From the IMG/VR virus record IMGVR_UViG_2802429234_000002: a stretch of 30,476 nt of DNA. The stretch is one strand, 5' to 3'. The translations under genes were made by a program, and so were the position numbers. This document shows positions 8,172 to 17,065 of the stretch, piece by piece; the first letter of the stretch is position 1; each line of letters begins with the position of its first letter. The DNA is from a virus (Duplodnaviria; Heunggongvirae; Uroviricota; Caudoviricetes). The notes under the pieces were generated by a model. That model did not search any database. It was given only the letters and a program-made list of their open reading frames with translations, and was not told the origin of the DNA.

Positions 8172-8238
8172 CCCTGAAATAATGCTCTGTTTAAACGCAA
8201 AGTGATTTGGCATATCACCGAACAGAGAGCCGGAAAAA

Positions 8239-8286
8239 CACAACATATAGTATGTCGTTGTTTCTAGACATACATTCTATGTTGTG
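8239..8286. repeat. Imperfect inverted repeat (18/20-bp arms, 10-nt spacer)
   Basis: CACAACATATAGTATGTC ... GACATACATTCTATGTTGTG; outer 9 bp and inner 6 bp pair perfectly. Confidence 0.7.
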
Positions 8287-8571
8287 TAACAAGGGCTTTG
8301 CATTAAACATGTTTGAGATTTTATTGATGTAGCTCAAAGTAAAAAACAGAGACTACGGATGATAAGGTCTTGAAAGCAATGTAAATTTTTTAAGGTTGCC
8401 AATTGCTTAAAAATGTACAGTTGCGGTATGGCGTACTTAAAAAGCTATGCATGCAACAAGTGAATGTTTTTGCATGCGTTGGGGATGTCCGTTCAGGCTG
8501 CGTGCGGTCAGGACTGGTGCGGATCCATAGTATCTATGCAACTGCATTAAAACCGCCCCGTGAAGCGGGCG

Positions 8572-8590
8572 GGCGAGGCGGGGAAAGCAC
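8572..8590. other. cos: cos site (19-nt cohesive-end sequence of the P2 family)
   Basis: GGCGAGGCGGGGAAAGCAC matches the P2 cohesive end as I recall it; located between A and Q as in P2; a GC-rich hairpin lies just 5' of it. Confidence 0.8.
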
Positions 8591-8732
8591 TGCGCGCTGG
8601 CGGTGGTGCTGATTTTATTTTTTCAGCGTCTGAGCGCGTCGTGATGGCGTTTAGATTGTGCGCCGGGGCGTTGGTGTGTCTGCGGGATGTTTTGTGCGGT
8701 GGTGAGCGTGTGAGGGCGTGATGACAGGGTGT

Positions 8733-8754
8733 AAAAAAGCCGCCCGCAGGCGGC
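8733..8754 (-). terminator. Rho-independent terminator after Q
   Basis: On the minus strand GCCGCC-TGCG-GGCGGC followed by TTTTTT, 5 bp past the Q stop. Confidence 0.75.
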
Positions 8755-8759
8755 GATGT

Positions 8760-9794
8760 TCAGCCGTTGTCAGTGTCCAGTGAGTAGTTTTTAAAGCGGA
8801 TGACCTCCTGACCGAGCCAGCCGTTTATTTCCCGAATCCTGTCCTGTAACGGGATAAGCTCATTGCGGACAAAGACCTTTGCCACTTTCTCAATATCTCC
8901 CAGCGACCCGACGTTCTCCGGCTTGCCTCCCATCAACTGAAAGGGGATGCGGTGCGCGTCCAGCAGGTCAGCGGCGCTGGCTTTTTTGATATTAAAAAAA
9001 TCGTCCTTCGTTGCCACTTCACTGAGCGGGATAATTTTAATGCCGTCGGCTTTCCCCTGTGGGGCATAGAGAAACAGATTTTTAAAGTTGTTGCGGCCTT
9101 TCGACTTCACCATGTTTTCGCGGAGCATTTCGATATCGTTGCGATCCTGCACGGCATCGGTGACGTACATGATGTATCCGGCATGTGCGCCGTTTTCGTA
9201 ATACTTGCGGCGGAACAGCGTAGCCGACTCATTCAGCCAGGCAGAGTTAAGGGCGCTGAGATATTCCGGCAGGCCGTACAGCTCCTGATTAATATCCGGC
9301 TCCAGCAGGTGAAACACGGAGCCGGGCGCGAAGGCTGTCGGCTCGTTGAAGGACGGCACCCACCAGTACACATCCTCTTCCACACCACGGCGGGTATATT
9401 TTGCCGGTGAGGTTTCCAGTCTGATGACCTTACCGGTGGTGCTGTAACGCTTTTCCAGAAACGCATTACCGAACACCAGAAAATCCAGCACAAAGCGGCT
9501 GAAATCCTGCTGGGACAGCCACGGATGCGGGATAAATGTCGAGGCCAGAATATTACGTTTGACGTAAATCGGGGAGCTGTGATGCACGGCAGCACGCAGG
9601 CTTTTTGCCAGACCGGTAAAGCTGACCGGTGGCTCATACCATCTGCCGTTACTGGTGCACTCGACGTAATCCAGAATGTCACGGCGGTCGAGTACCGGCA
9701 CCGGCTCACCAAAGGTGAATGCCTCCATTTTCGGGGCGCTGGCGGTCATTTTTTTTGCCGCAGGTTGCGGTGTTTTCCCTTTTTTCTTGCTCAT
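8760..9794 (-). CDS. Q: Portal protein
   Basis: 344 aa, same length as P2 Q; precedes the terminase large subunit; 1-nt stop/start overlap with P. Confidence 0.9.
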   Translation of the reverse strand: MSKKKGKTPQPAAKKMTASAPKMEAFTFGEPVPVLDRRDILDYVECTSNGRWYEPPVSFTGLAKSLRAAVHHSSPIYVKRNILASTFIPHPWLSQQDFSRFVLDFLVFGNAFLEKRYSTTGKVIRLETSPAKYTRRGVEEDVYWWVPSFNEPTAFAPGSVFHLLEPDINQELYGLPEYLSALNSAWLNESATLFRRKYYENGAHAGYIMYVTDAVQDRNDIEMLRENMVKSKGRNNFKNLFLYAPQGKADGIKIIPLSEVATKDDFFNIKKASAADLLDAHRIPFQLMGGKPENVGSLGDIEKVAKVFVRNELIPLQDRIREINGWLGQEVIRFKNYSLDTDNG

Positions 9795-11566
9795 CAGTAA
9801 AACTCCAGAATGGTGGATGTCAGCGGGGTGCTGATACCGGCGGTGAGTGGCTCATTTAACAGGGCGTGCATGGTCGCCCAGGCGAGGTCGGCGTGGCTGG
9901 CTTCCTCGCTGCGGCTGGCCTCATAGGTGGCGCTGCGTCCGCTGCTGGTCATGGTCTTGCGGATAGCCATAAACGAGCTGGTGATGTCGGTGGCGCTGAC
10001 GTCATATTCCAGACAGCCACGGCGGATGACGTCTTTTGCCTTGAGCACCATTGCGGTTTTCATTTCCGGCGTGTAGCGGATGTCGCGCGCGGCGGGATAG
10101 AACGAGCGCACGAGCTGGAACACGCCGACACCGAGGCCGGTGGCATCAATACCGATGTATTCGACGTTGTATTTTTCGGTGAGTTTGCGGATGGATTCCG
10201 CCTGAGTGGCAAAGTCCATGCCTTTCCACTGGTGACGCTCAAGTATTCTGAATTTGCCACCGGCCACCACCGGCGGTGCCAGCACCACGCATCCGGCGCT
10301 GTCGCCACGGTGTGACGGGTCGTAACCAATCCATACCGGGCGGGAGCCGAACGGATTGGCGGCAAAGGGGGCATAGTCTTCCCATTCTTCCAGCGTGTCG
10401 ACCATGCAGCGTTGCAGCTCCTCGAACGGGAACACCGACGCCTTGTCGTCAACAAATTCACACATGAACAGGTTTTTAAAATCGTCGGCGCTGTTTTCAC
10501 GTTTGAGCTGCTCAATGTCGAACAGTGTGCAGCCACCTTTCAGGGCATCTTCAATGGTGACAATCTGCCGCCACTGGCCGTCCGCACAGAGAAGACCTCC
10601 GGCAAGGGCGTTATGACTGACGTCGATTTCCACGCGTTCGGCGGCGCTGGCGCGTCCCCGGTTGAACAGTTCACCTGACCAGAACGGGTAGGCGTCGTGC
10701 GCCAGCGTGGACGGGGTGGAGAAATAGGTCGAGCGCAGGTGACTCTGTGAGGCCATACCTGATGCCACCTTACGCAGTACCTGAAAATTCGGGATCCAGA
10801 AAATCTCATCGACGTACAGGTCGCCGTTATGGCTCTGCGCGGTGTTGGAGTTAGTGCCGAGAAAAATCAGTTTTGCGCCGTTATTGCCCAGGACAATCGG
10901 GTCACCGGTCAGGTCAACGTCAACCAGACGGGCAAAGGCGATGATGTATTCGCGGAACACATACGCCTGCGTTTTACTGGCCGACAGAAAAATCTGGTTA
11001 TGACCGGTTTTCAGGGCGCGCAGCAGCGCCTCGCGGGAAAAATAAAACGTCGCGCCAATCTGGCGGGATTTCAGGATATCGCGGATGCGGTGCTCAAGCC
11101 CGGCGCGATACCAGTGCAACTGATAGTCGAAAGACTGCTCAAAGAAAATCTGCTCCAGCTTTTCGATGGCCTCGTCACTGAAAAAATTCTTTTTCGGTTT
11201 GCGCCGCCCGCCTTTGTTGCGGTTAGCGACGTTCGGATTAAGGTCTGCCTCGTTGCCGGTCTGACTGTAGCGGTTGACCCGCGCCAGTCGTTCAATCTGG
11301 CGTCCCAGCAGGTCAATTTCCTTGAAATCACCGCCGGTTTTCTGCGGTTTGATGATGAGCTGGGTCAGCCGCGCTTCCAGGCTCATTTCGACACGGCTGA
11401 TGGGGGCAACGCTGTCCCAGCCGTCGCGCTGTTTCCAGCTCTGCACCGTCGGGCGTTTCATCTGCAACATGGCGGCAATCTGCGGCACGGAAAACCCCTG
11501 CCAGTACAGCAGCGCCGCCTGACGACGCGGGTCGTGTAAAAGAGTGGTGTCTGTGGTGATGGTCAT
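9794..11566 (-). CDS. P: Terminase large subunit (ATPase/nuclease)
   Basis: 590 aa from ATG 11564-11566 (SD GAGGT); P2 P length; divergent from O. Confidence 0.9.
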   Translation of the reverse strand: MTITTDTTLLHDPRRQAALLYWQGFSVPQIAAMLQMKRPTVQSWKQRDGWDSVAPISRVEMSLEARLTQLIIKPQKTGGDFKEIDLLGRQIERLARVNRYSQTGNEADLNPNVANRNKGGRRKPKKNFFSDEAIEKLEQIFFEQSFDYQLHWYRAGLEHRIRDILKSRQIGATFYFSREALLRALKTGHNQIFLSASKTQAYVFREYIIAFARLVDVDLTGDPIVLGNNGAKLIFLGTNSNTAQSHNGDLYVDEIFWIPNFQVLRKVASGMASQSHLRSTYFSTPSTLAHDAYPFWSGELFNRGRASAAERVEIDVSHNALAGGLLCADGQWRQIVTIEDALKGGCTLFDIEQLKRENSADDFKNLFMCEFVDDKASVFPFEELQRCMVDTLEEWEDYAPFAANPFGSRPVWIGYDPSHRGDSAGCVVLAPPVVAGGKFRILERHQWKGMDFATQAESIRKLTEKYNVEYIGIDATGLGVGVFQLVRSFYPAARDIRYTPEMKTAMVLKAKDVIRRGCLEYDVSATDITSSFMAIRKTMTSSGRSATYEASRSEEASHADLAWATMHALLNEPLTAGISTPLTSTILEFY

Positions 11567-11739
11567 GAATACCTCGCCGTGATGAATACACGGCAAGGCT
11601 ACTGAGTCGCGTCCCGCGATTCGCTAAGGTGCTGTTGTGTCAGTGATAAGCCATCCGGGACTGATGGCGGAGGATGCGCATCGTCGGGAAACTGATGCCG
11701 ACATGTGACTCCTCTAATCACTATTCAGGACTCCTGACA

Positions 11740-12594
11740 ATGGCAAAAAAAGTCTCAAAATTCTTTCGTATCGGCGTTGAGGGTGACACCTGTGACGGGC
11801 GTGTCATCAGTGCGCAGGATATTCAGGAAATGGCCGAAACCTTTGACCCGCGTGTCTATGGTTGCCGTATTAACCTGGAACATCTGCGCGGCATCCTGCC
11901 TGACGGTATTTTTAAGCGTTATGGCGATGTGGCCGAACTGAAGGCCGAAAAGATTGACGATGATTCGGCGCTGAAAGGCAAATGGGCGCTGTTTGCGAAA
12001 ATCACCCCGACCGATGACCTTATCGCGATGAACAAGGCCGCGCAGAAGGTTTATACCTCAATGGAAATTCAGCCGAACTTTGCCAACACCGGCAAATGTT
12101 ATCTGGTGGGGCTGGCCGTCACCGATGACCCGGCAAGCCTCGGTACGGAATACCTGGAATTCTGCCGCACGGCAAAACACAACCCCCTGAACCGCTTCAA
12201 ATTAAGCCCTGAAAACCTGATTTCAGTGGCAACGCCAGTTGAGCTGGAATTTGAAGACCTGCCTGAAACCGTGTTCACCGCTCTGACCGAAAAGGTGAAA
12301 TCCATTTTTGGCCGCAAACAGGCCAGCGATGACGCCCGTCTGAATGACGTGCATGAAGCGGTGACCGCTGTTGCTGAACATGTGCAGGAAAAACTGAGCG
12401 CCACTGAGCAGCGCCTCGCTGAGGTGGAAACCGCCTTTTCCGCACTTAAGCAGGAGGTGACTGACAGGGCGGATGAAACCAGTCAGGCATTCAGCCGCCT
12501 GAAAAACAGTCTCGACCACACCGAAAGTCTGACCCAGCAGCGCCGCAGCAAGGCCACCGGTGGTGGCGGTGACGCCCTGATGACGAACTGCTGA
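11740..12594 (+). CDS. O: Capsid scaffolding protein
   Basis: 284 aa from ATG 11740 (MAKKVSKFF), P2 O length; directly upstream of the major capsid gene. Confidence 0.88.
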   Translation: MAKKVSKFFRIGVEGDTCDGRVISAQDIQEMAETFDPRVYGCRINLEHLRGILPDGIFKRYGDVAELKAEKIDDDSALKGKWALFAKITPTDDLIAMNKAAQKVYTSMEIQPNFANTGKCYLVGLAVTDDPASLGTEYLEFCRTAKHNPLNRFKLSPENLISVATPVELEFEDLPETVFTALTEKVKSIFGRKQASDDARLNDVHEAVTAVAEHVQEKLSATEQRLAEVETAFSALKQEVTDRADETSQAFSRLKNSLDHTESLTQQRRSKATGGGGDALMTNC

Positions 12595-12652
12595 CCGGCG
12601 TCAGTCAGTCCGGGAAAACCTTCACGATTAACCCTTAATTTCAGGAAAAACT

Positions 12653-13726
12653 ATGCGCCAGGAAACCCGCTTTAAATTTAATGCCTACCTGTCCCGTGTT
12701 GCCGAACTGAACGGCATCGACGCCGGTGATGTGTCGAAAAAATTCACCGTTGAACCGTCGGTCACCCAGACCCTGATGAACACCATGCAGGAGTCCTCTG
12801 ACTTTCTGACCCGCATCAACATTGTGCCGGTCAGCGAAATGAAAGGGGAAAAAATTGGCATCGGTGTCACCGGCTCCATTGCCAGCACCACCGACACCGC
12901 CGGTGGCACCGAGCGTCAGCCGAAGGACTTCTCGAAGCTGGCGTCCAACAAGTACGAATGCGACCAGATTAACTTCGATTTTTATATCCGCTACAAAACG
13001 CTGGACCTGTGGGCGCGTTATCAGGATTTCCAGCTCCGTATCCGTAACGCCATTATCAAACGCCAGTCCCTTGATTTCATCATGGCCGGTTTTAACGGCG
13101 TGAAGCGTGCCGAAACCTCTGACCGCAGCAGCAATCCGATGCTGCAGGATGTGGCAGTCGGCTGGCTGCAGAAATACCGCAATGAAGCACCGGCGCGCGT
13201 GATGAGCAAGGTCACTGACGAGGAAGGTCACACGACCTCTGAGGTCATCCGCGTGGGTAAGGGCGGTGATTATGCCAGCCTTGATGCACTGGTGATGGAT
13301 GCGACCAACAACCTGATTGAACCGTGGTATCAGGAAGACCCTGACCTTGTGGTGATAGTGGGACGTCAGTTACTGGCGGACAAGTATTTCCCCATCGTTA
13401 ACAAGGAGCAGGACAACAGCGAAATGCTGGCCGCTGACGTCATCATCAGCCAGAAACGCATCGGTAACCTGCCGGCGGTACGCGTCCCGTACTTCCCGGC
13501 GGATGCGATGCTCATCACGAAGCTGGAAAACCTGTCCATCTACTACATGGATGACAGCCATCGCCGCGTGATTGAGGAAAACCCGAAACTCGACCGCGTG
13601 GAGAACTACGAGTCAATGAACATTGATTACGTGGTGGAAGACTACGCCGCCGGTTGTCTGGTGGAAAAAATTAAGGTCGGTGATTTCTCCACACCGGCTA
13701 AGGCGACCGCAGAGCCGGGAGCGTAA
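12653..13726 (+). CDS. N: Major capsid protein
   Basis: 357 aa, P2 N length and position. Confidence 0.9.
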   Translation: MRQETRFKFNAYLSRVAELNGIDAGDVSKKFTVEPSVTQTLMNTMQESSDFLTRINIVPVSEMKGEKIGIGVTGSIASTTDTAGGTERQPKDFSKLASNKYECDQINFDFYIRYKTLDLWARYQDFQLRIRNAIIKRQSLDFIMAGFNGVKRAETSDRSSNPMLQDVAVGWLQKYRNEAPARVMSKVTDEEGHTTSEVIRVGKGGDYASLDALVMDATNNLIEPWYQEDPDLVVIVGRQLLADKYFPIVNKEQDNSEMLAADVIISQKRIGNLPAVRVPYFPADAMLITKLENLSIYYMDDSHRRVIEENPKLDRVENYESMNIDYVVEDYAAGCLVEKIKVGDFSTPAKATAEPGA

Positions 13727-13729
13727 CCG

Positions 13730-14473
13730 ATGACGAGTCCCGCACAGCGCCACATGATGCGGGTCTCGGCAGCGATGACCGCGCAGCGGGAAGCCGCCCC
13801 GCTGCGACATGCAACTGTCTATGAGCAGATGCTGGTTAAGCTCGCCGCAGACCAGCGCACACTGAAAGCGATTTATTCAAAAGAGCTGAAGGCCGCGAAA
13901 AAACGCGAACTGCTGCCGTTCTGGTTGCCGTGGGTGAACGGCGTGCTGGAGCAGGGCAAAGGTGCACAGGATGACATTCTGATGACGGTCATGCTATGGC
14001 GTCTGGATACCGGCGATATTGCCGGTGCGCTGGAGATTGCCCGTTATGCCCTGAAGTACGGTCTGACCATGCCGGGTAAACACCGCCGCACCCCGCCGTA
14101 CATGTTCACCGAGGAGGTCGCGCTCGCGGCCATGCGCGCCCACGCTGCCGGTGAGTCTGTGGATACCCGCCTGCTGACGGAGACCCTTGAACTGACTGCC
14201 GCTGCTGACATGCCTGATGAAGTGCGCGCAAAGCTGCACAAAATCACCGGTCTGTTTCTGCGTGACGGTGGTGATGCCGCCGGTGCGCTGGCTCACCTGC
14301 AACGTGCGACACAGCTCGACTGTCAGGCAGGCGTCAAAAAAGAGATTGAACGACTGGAGCGGGAGCTGAAACCGAAGCCGGAGCCGCAGCCAAAAGCGGT
14401 CACCCGCGCCCCGCGTAAGACCCGGAGCGTGACACCGGCAAAACGTGGACGCCCGAAAAAGAAAGCCAGTTAA
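13730..14473 (+). CDS. M: Terminase small subunit (endonuclease subunit in P2 nomenclature)
   Basis: 247 aa, P2 M length and position; basic C-terminal tail. Confidence 0.88.
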   Translation: MTSPAQRHMMRVSAAMTAQREAAPLRHATVYEQMLVKLAADQRTLKAIYSKELKAAKKRELLPFWLPWVNGVLEQGKGAQDDILMTVMLWRLDTGDIAGALEIARYALKYGLTMPGKHRRTPPYMFTEEVALAAMRAHAAGESVDTRLLTETLELTAAADMPDEVRAKLHKITGLFLRDGGDAAGALAHLQRATQLDCQAGVKKEIERLERELKPKPEPQPKAVTRAPRKTRSVTPAKRGRPKKKAS

Positions 14474-14572
14474 CAACCGAATGCGCCCCGCGCCAGGGCG
14501 GCACGCCGGTCAGTGCGGGTGAATCACCTGACACTGCACCGGCGTCCACCGCCCGACTTTTCAGAGGTAGTC

Positions 14573-15082
14573 ATGATGACGCTGATTATTCCGCGAAAGG
14601 AGGCTCCCGTGTCCGGTGAGGGTACGGTGGTCATCCCGCAACCGGCAGGCGACGAGCCGGTGATTAAAAACACGTTCTTTTTTCCCGATATCGACCCGAA
14701 GCGCGTCCGGGAACGTATGCGCCTTGAGCAGACCGTCGCCCCCGCCCGTCTGCGTGAGGCCATCAAGTCAGGCATGGCAGAGACGAATGCGGAGCTGTAC
14801 GAGTACCGCGAACAGAAAATTGCTGCCGGTTTTACGCGTCTGGCGGACGTTCCGGCGGACGACATCGACGGTGAAAGTATCAAAGTTTTTTACTACGAGC
14901 GCGCCGTGTGTGCGATGGCGACCGCGTCGCTTTATGAGCGTTATCGCGGCGTGGATGCCAGTGCGAAAGGCGACAAGAAGGCCGACAGCATTGACAGCAC
15001 CATTGATGAGTTGTGGCGGGATATGCGCTGGGCAGTGGCGCGCATCCAGGACAAGCCGCGCTGCATCGTGAGTCAAATCTGA
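14573..15082 (+). CDS. L: Head completion/stabilisation protein
   Basis: 169 aa from ATG 14573 (SD GAGGT), P2 L length. Confidence 0.85.
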   Translation: MMTLIIPRKEAPVSGEGTVVIPQPAGDEPVIKNTFFFPDIDPKRVRERMRLEQTVAPARLREAIKSGMAETNAELYEYREQKIAAGFTRLADVPADDIDGESIKVFYYERAVCAMATASLYERYRGVDASAKGDKKADSIDSTIDELWRDMRWAVARIQDKPRCIVSQI

Positions 15083-15285
15083 TGAAGACCTTTGCGCTAC
15101 AGGGCGACACGCTCGACGCCATTTGTGTCCGGTATTACGGGCGCACTGAGGGCGTGGTTGAGACCGTGCTCGCCGCAAATCCGGGACTGGCTGAACTGGG
15201 GGCGGTGCTGCCGCACGGCACCGCCGTCGAACTGCCCGACGTTCAGACCGCGCCCGTGGCTGAAACTGTCAATCTGTGGGAGTAA
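15082..15285 (+). CDS. X: Tail protein X
   Basis: 67 aa from ATG 15082, overlapping the L stop (TGATG); P2 X position. Confidence 0.8.
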   Translation: MKTFALQGDTLDAICVRYYGRTEGVVETVLAANPGLAELGAVLPHGTAVELPDVQTAPVAETVNLWE

Positions 15286-15288
15286 CGC

Positions 15289-15570
15289 ATGACAGCAGAA
15301 GAAAAAAGCGTCCTGTCGCTTTTCATGATTGGGGTGCTGATTGTTGTCGGCAAGGTGCTTGCCGGTGGTGAACCCATCACCCCGCGTCTTTTTATCGGGC
15401 GCATGTTGCTCGGTGGTTTTGTCTCGATGGTTGCCGGTGTTGTTCTGGTGCAGTTCCCTGACCTGTCACTGCCTGCGGTGTGCGGCATCGGCTCCATGCT
15501 GGGTATCGCCGGTTATCAGGTGATTGAGATTGCCATTCAGCGCCGCTTTAAGGGCAGGGGGAAACCGTAA
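15289..15570 (+). CDS. Y: Holin
   Basis: 93 aa with hydrophobic transmembrane segments and charged C-terminus; P2 Y length and position. Confidence 0.88.
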   Translation: MTAEEKSVLSLFMIGVLIVVGKVLAGGEPITPRLFIGRMLLGGFVSMVAGVVLVQFPDLSLPAVCGIGSMLGIAGYQVIEIAIQRRFKGRGKP

Positions 15571-16067
15571 TGCCGGTAATTAACACGCATCAGAATATCG
15601 CCGCCTTTCTCGACATGCTGGCCGTGTCCGAAGGGACGGCGAATCATCCGCTGACGAAAAACCGGGGCTATGACGTGATAGTCACCGGACTGGACGGAAA
15701 GCCGGAAATCTTCACCGACTACAGTGACCACCCGTTCGCACATGGCCGACCGGCGAAGGTGTTTAACCGTCGCGGTGAAAAATCCACGGCCTCCGGTCGC
15801 TATCAGCAGCTTTACCTGTTCTGGCCGCACTACCGCAAACAGCTTGCCCTGCCGGATTTCAGTCCGTTGTCACAGGACAGACTCGCCATTCAGTTGATCC
15901 GCGAACGCGGTGCGCTGGATGACATCCGGGCGGGGCGCATTGAGCGCGCCATTTCACGCTGTCGCAATATCTGGGCGTCCCTGCCGGGTGCCGGTTACGG
16001 TCAGCGTGAGCATTCACTGGAAAAACTGGTCACCGTCTGGCGTACCGCTGGCGGCGTACCGGCTTAA
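15570..16067 (+). CDS. K: Endolysin (lysozyme-like)
   Basis: 165 aa, P2 K length; follows the holin. Confidence 0.88.
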   Translation: MPVINTHQNIAAFLDMLAVSEGTANHPLTKNRGYDVIVTGLDGKPEIFTDYSDHPFAHGRPAKVFNRRGEKSTASGRYQQLYLFWPHYRKQLALPDFSPLSQDRLAIQLIRERGALDDIRAGRIERAISRCRNIWASLPGAGYGQREHSLEKLVTVWRTAGGVPA

Positions 16068-16081
16068 ACGGAGTAAACACC

Positions 16082-16507
16082 ATGAAGAAATTATCCCTTT
16101 CACTGATGCTGAACGTGTCGCTGGCGCTGATGCTGGCACTGTCCCTGATTTACCCGCAGAGCGTGGCCGTCAGTTTTGTCGCTGCATGGGCGATTCTGGC
16201 GACGGTTATCTGTGTGGTTGCCGGTGGTGTCGGCGTGTATGCCACGGAGTATGTGCTGGAACGCTACGGGCGGGAGCTGCCGCCGGAATCGCTGGCCGTG
16301 AAGATTGTCACGTCGCTGTTTTTGCAGCCGGTGCCATGGCGCAGACGGGCGGCGGCTCTGGTGGTGATGGTGGCGACGTTTATCTCGCTGGTCGCTGCCG
16401 GGTGGATTTTTACCGCGCTGATTTATCTCGTGGTATCGGTGTTCTTCCGGCTGATACGTACGGCCTGCCGTCAGCGTTTTGAGGGGCGGGAACTATGTCA
16501 AAGCTGA
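16082..16507 (+). CDS. lysA: Lysis timing protein LysA (membrane)
   Basis: 141 aa, strongly hydrophobic; P2 lysA position. Confidence 0.85.
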   Translation: MKKLSLSLMLNVSLALMLALSLIYPQSVAVSFVAAWAILATVICVVAGGVGVYATEYVLERYGRELPPESLAVKIVTSLFLQPVPWRRRAAALVVMVATFISLVAAGWIFTALIYLVVSVFFRLIRTACRQRFEGRELCQS

Positions 16508-16920
16508 TGATTGTGCTGGTCGTGTTGTTATCGCTGGCGGTGACCGGTCTGTTTCTGGTGAAACACAAAAATGCCAGCCTGCGCGCCTCGCTGGACAGGG
16601 CGAATAACGTCGCCAGTGAACAGCAGACGACCATCACCATGCTGAAAAATCAGCTTCATGTTGCCATCACCAGGGCAGACAAAAACGAGCTGGCGCAGGT
16701 GGCACTGCGTCAGGAACTGGAGAACGCCGCGAAGCGTGAAGCACAGCGCGAGAAAACCATCACGAGGTTACTTAATGAAAACGAAGATTTTCGCCGCTGG
16801 TATGGTGCTGACCTGCCTGATGCTGTGCGCCGGTTGCACCAGCGCCCCGCCTGCACCGACGCCAGTGATTGTCGCCAACGCCTGCCCGAAAGTGAGCCTT
16901 TGCCCGATGCCGGGCAGTGA
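16495..16920 (+). CDS. lysB: Rz-like i-spanin LysB
   Basis: 141 aa with N-terminal transmembrane segment then coiled-coil-like region; P2 lysB position. Confidence 0.85.
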   Translation: MSKLMIVLVVLLSLAVTGLFLVKHKNASLRASLDRANNVASEQQTTITMLKNQLHVAITRADKNELAQVALRQELENAAKREAQREKTITRLLNENEDFRRWYGADLPDAVRRLHQRPACTDASDCRQRLPESEPLPDAGQ

Positions 16921-17065
16921 CCCGGAGACGAACGGCGATTTAAGTGCCGATATCCGGCAGCTTGAGAACGCGCTGGCACGTTGTGCCAGCCAGGTAAAAA
17001 TGATTAAACACTGTCAGGACGAAAACGATGCTCAAACCCGACAGCCTGCGCAGGGCGCTGACTGA
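16775..17065 (+). CDS. lysC: Rz1-like o-spanin lipoprotein LysC, in the +1 frame overlapping lysB
   Basis: ATG 16775 with SD GAGGT; N-terminus MKTKIFAAGMVLTCLMLCAGC has a lipobox (LCAGC); proline-rich; 96 aa as in P2 LysC. Confidence 0.8.
   Translation: MKTKIFAAGMVLTCLMLCAGCTSAPPAPTPVIVANACPKVSLCPMPGSDPETNGDLSADIRQLENALARCASQVKMIKHCQDENDAQTRQPAQGAD

Noticed and set aside
7980-8246. 88-aa version of the minus-strand ORF in the A-cos region
   Set aside because: The only good ribosome-binding site precedes the internal ATG at 8093, and the upstream part runs through the direct and inverted repeats; the 37-codon version is more plausible, though still unproven.
8403-8612. 69-aa plus-strand ORF spanning the cos site
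   Set aside because: Runs across the cohesive-end sequence and its GC-rich hairpin; the cos region is non-coding in P2; Gly/Arg-rich product typical of a GC-rich artefact.
9866-11539. Multiple plus-strand ORFs antisense to terminase gene P (e.g. 9866-10315, 10829-11539)
   Set aside because: Embedded antisense in a conserved GC-rich structural gene; products are low-complexity Ala/Gly/Arg-rich, as expected from high-GC antisense frames.
11567-11739. Late promoter dyads for the divergent P and O promoters
   Set aside because: Looked for TGT-N12-ACA but found only imperfect matches by eye; promoters are surely here but I cannot place them confidently.
12641-13231. 196-aa minus-strand ORF antisense to major capsid gene N, and similar antisense ORFs in M, FI (24102-24788) and T (27085-28287)
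   Set aside because: All lie opposite strongly supported P2 structural genes and have low-complexity composition; no SD or promoter evidence.
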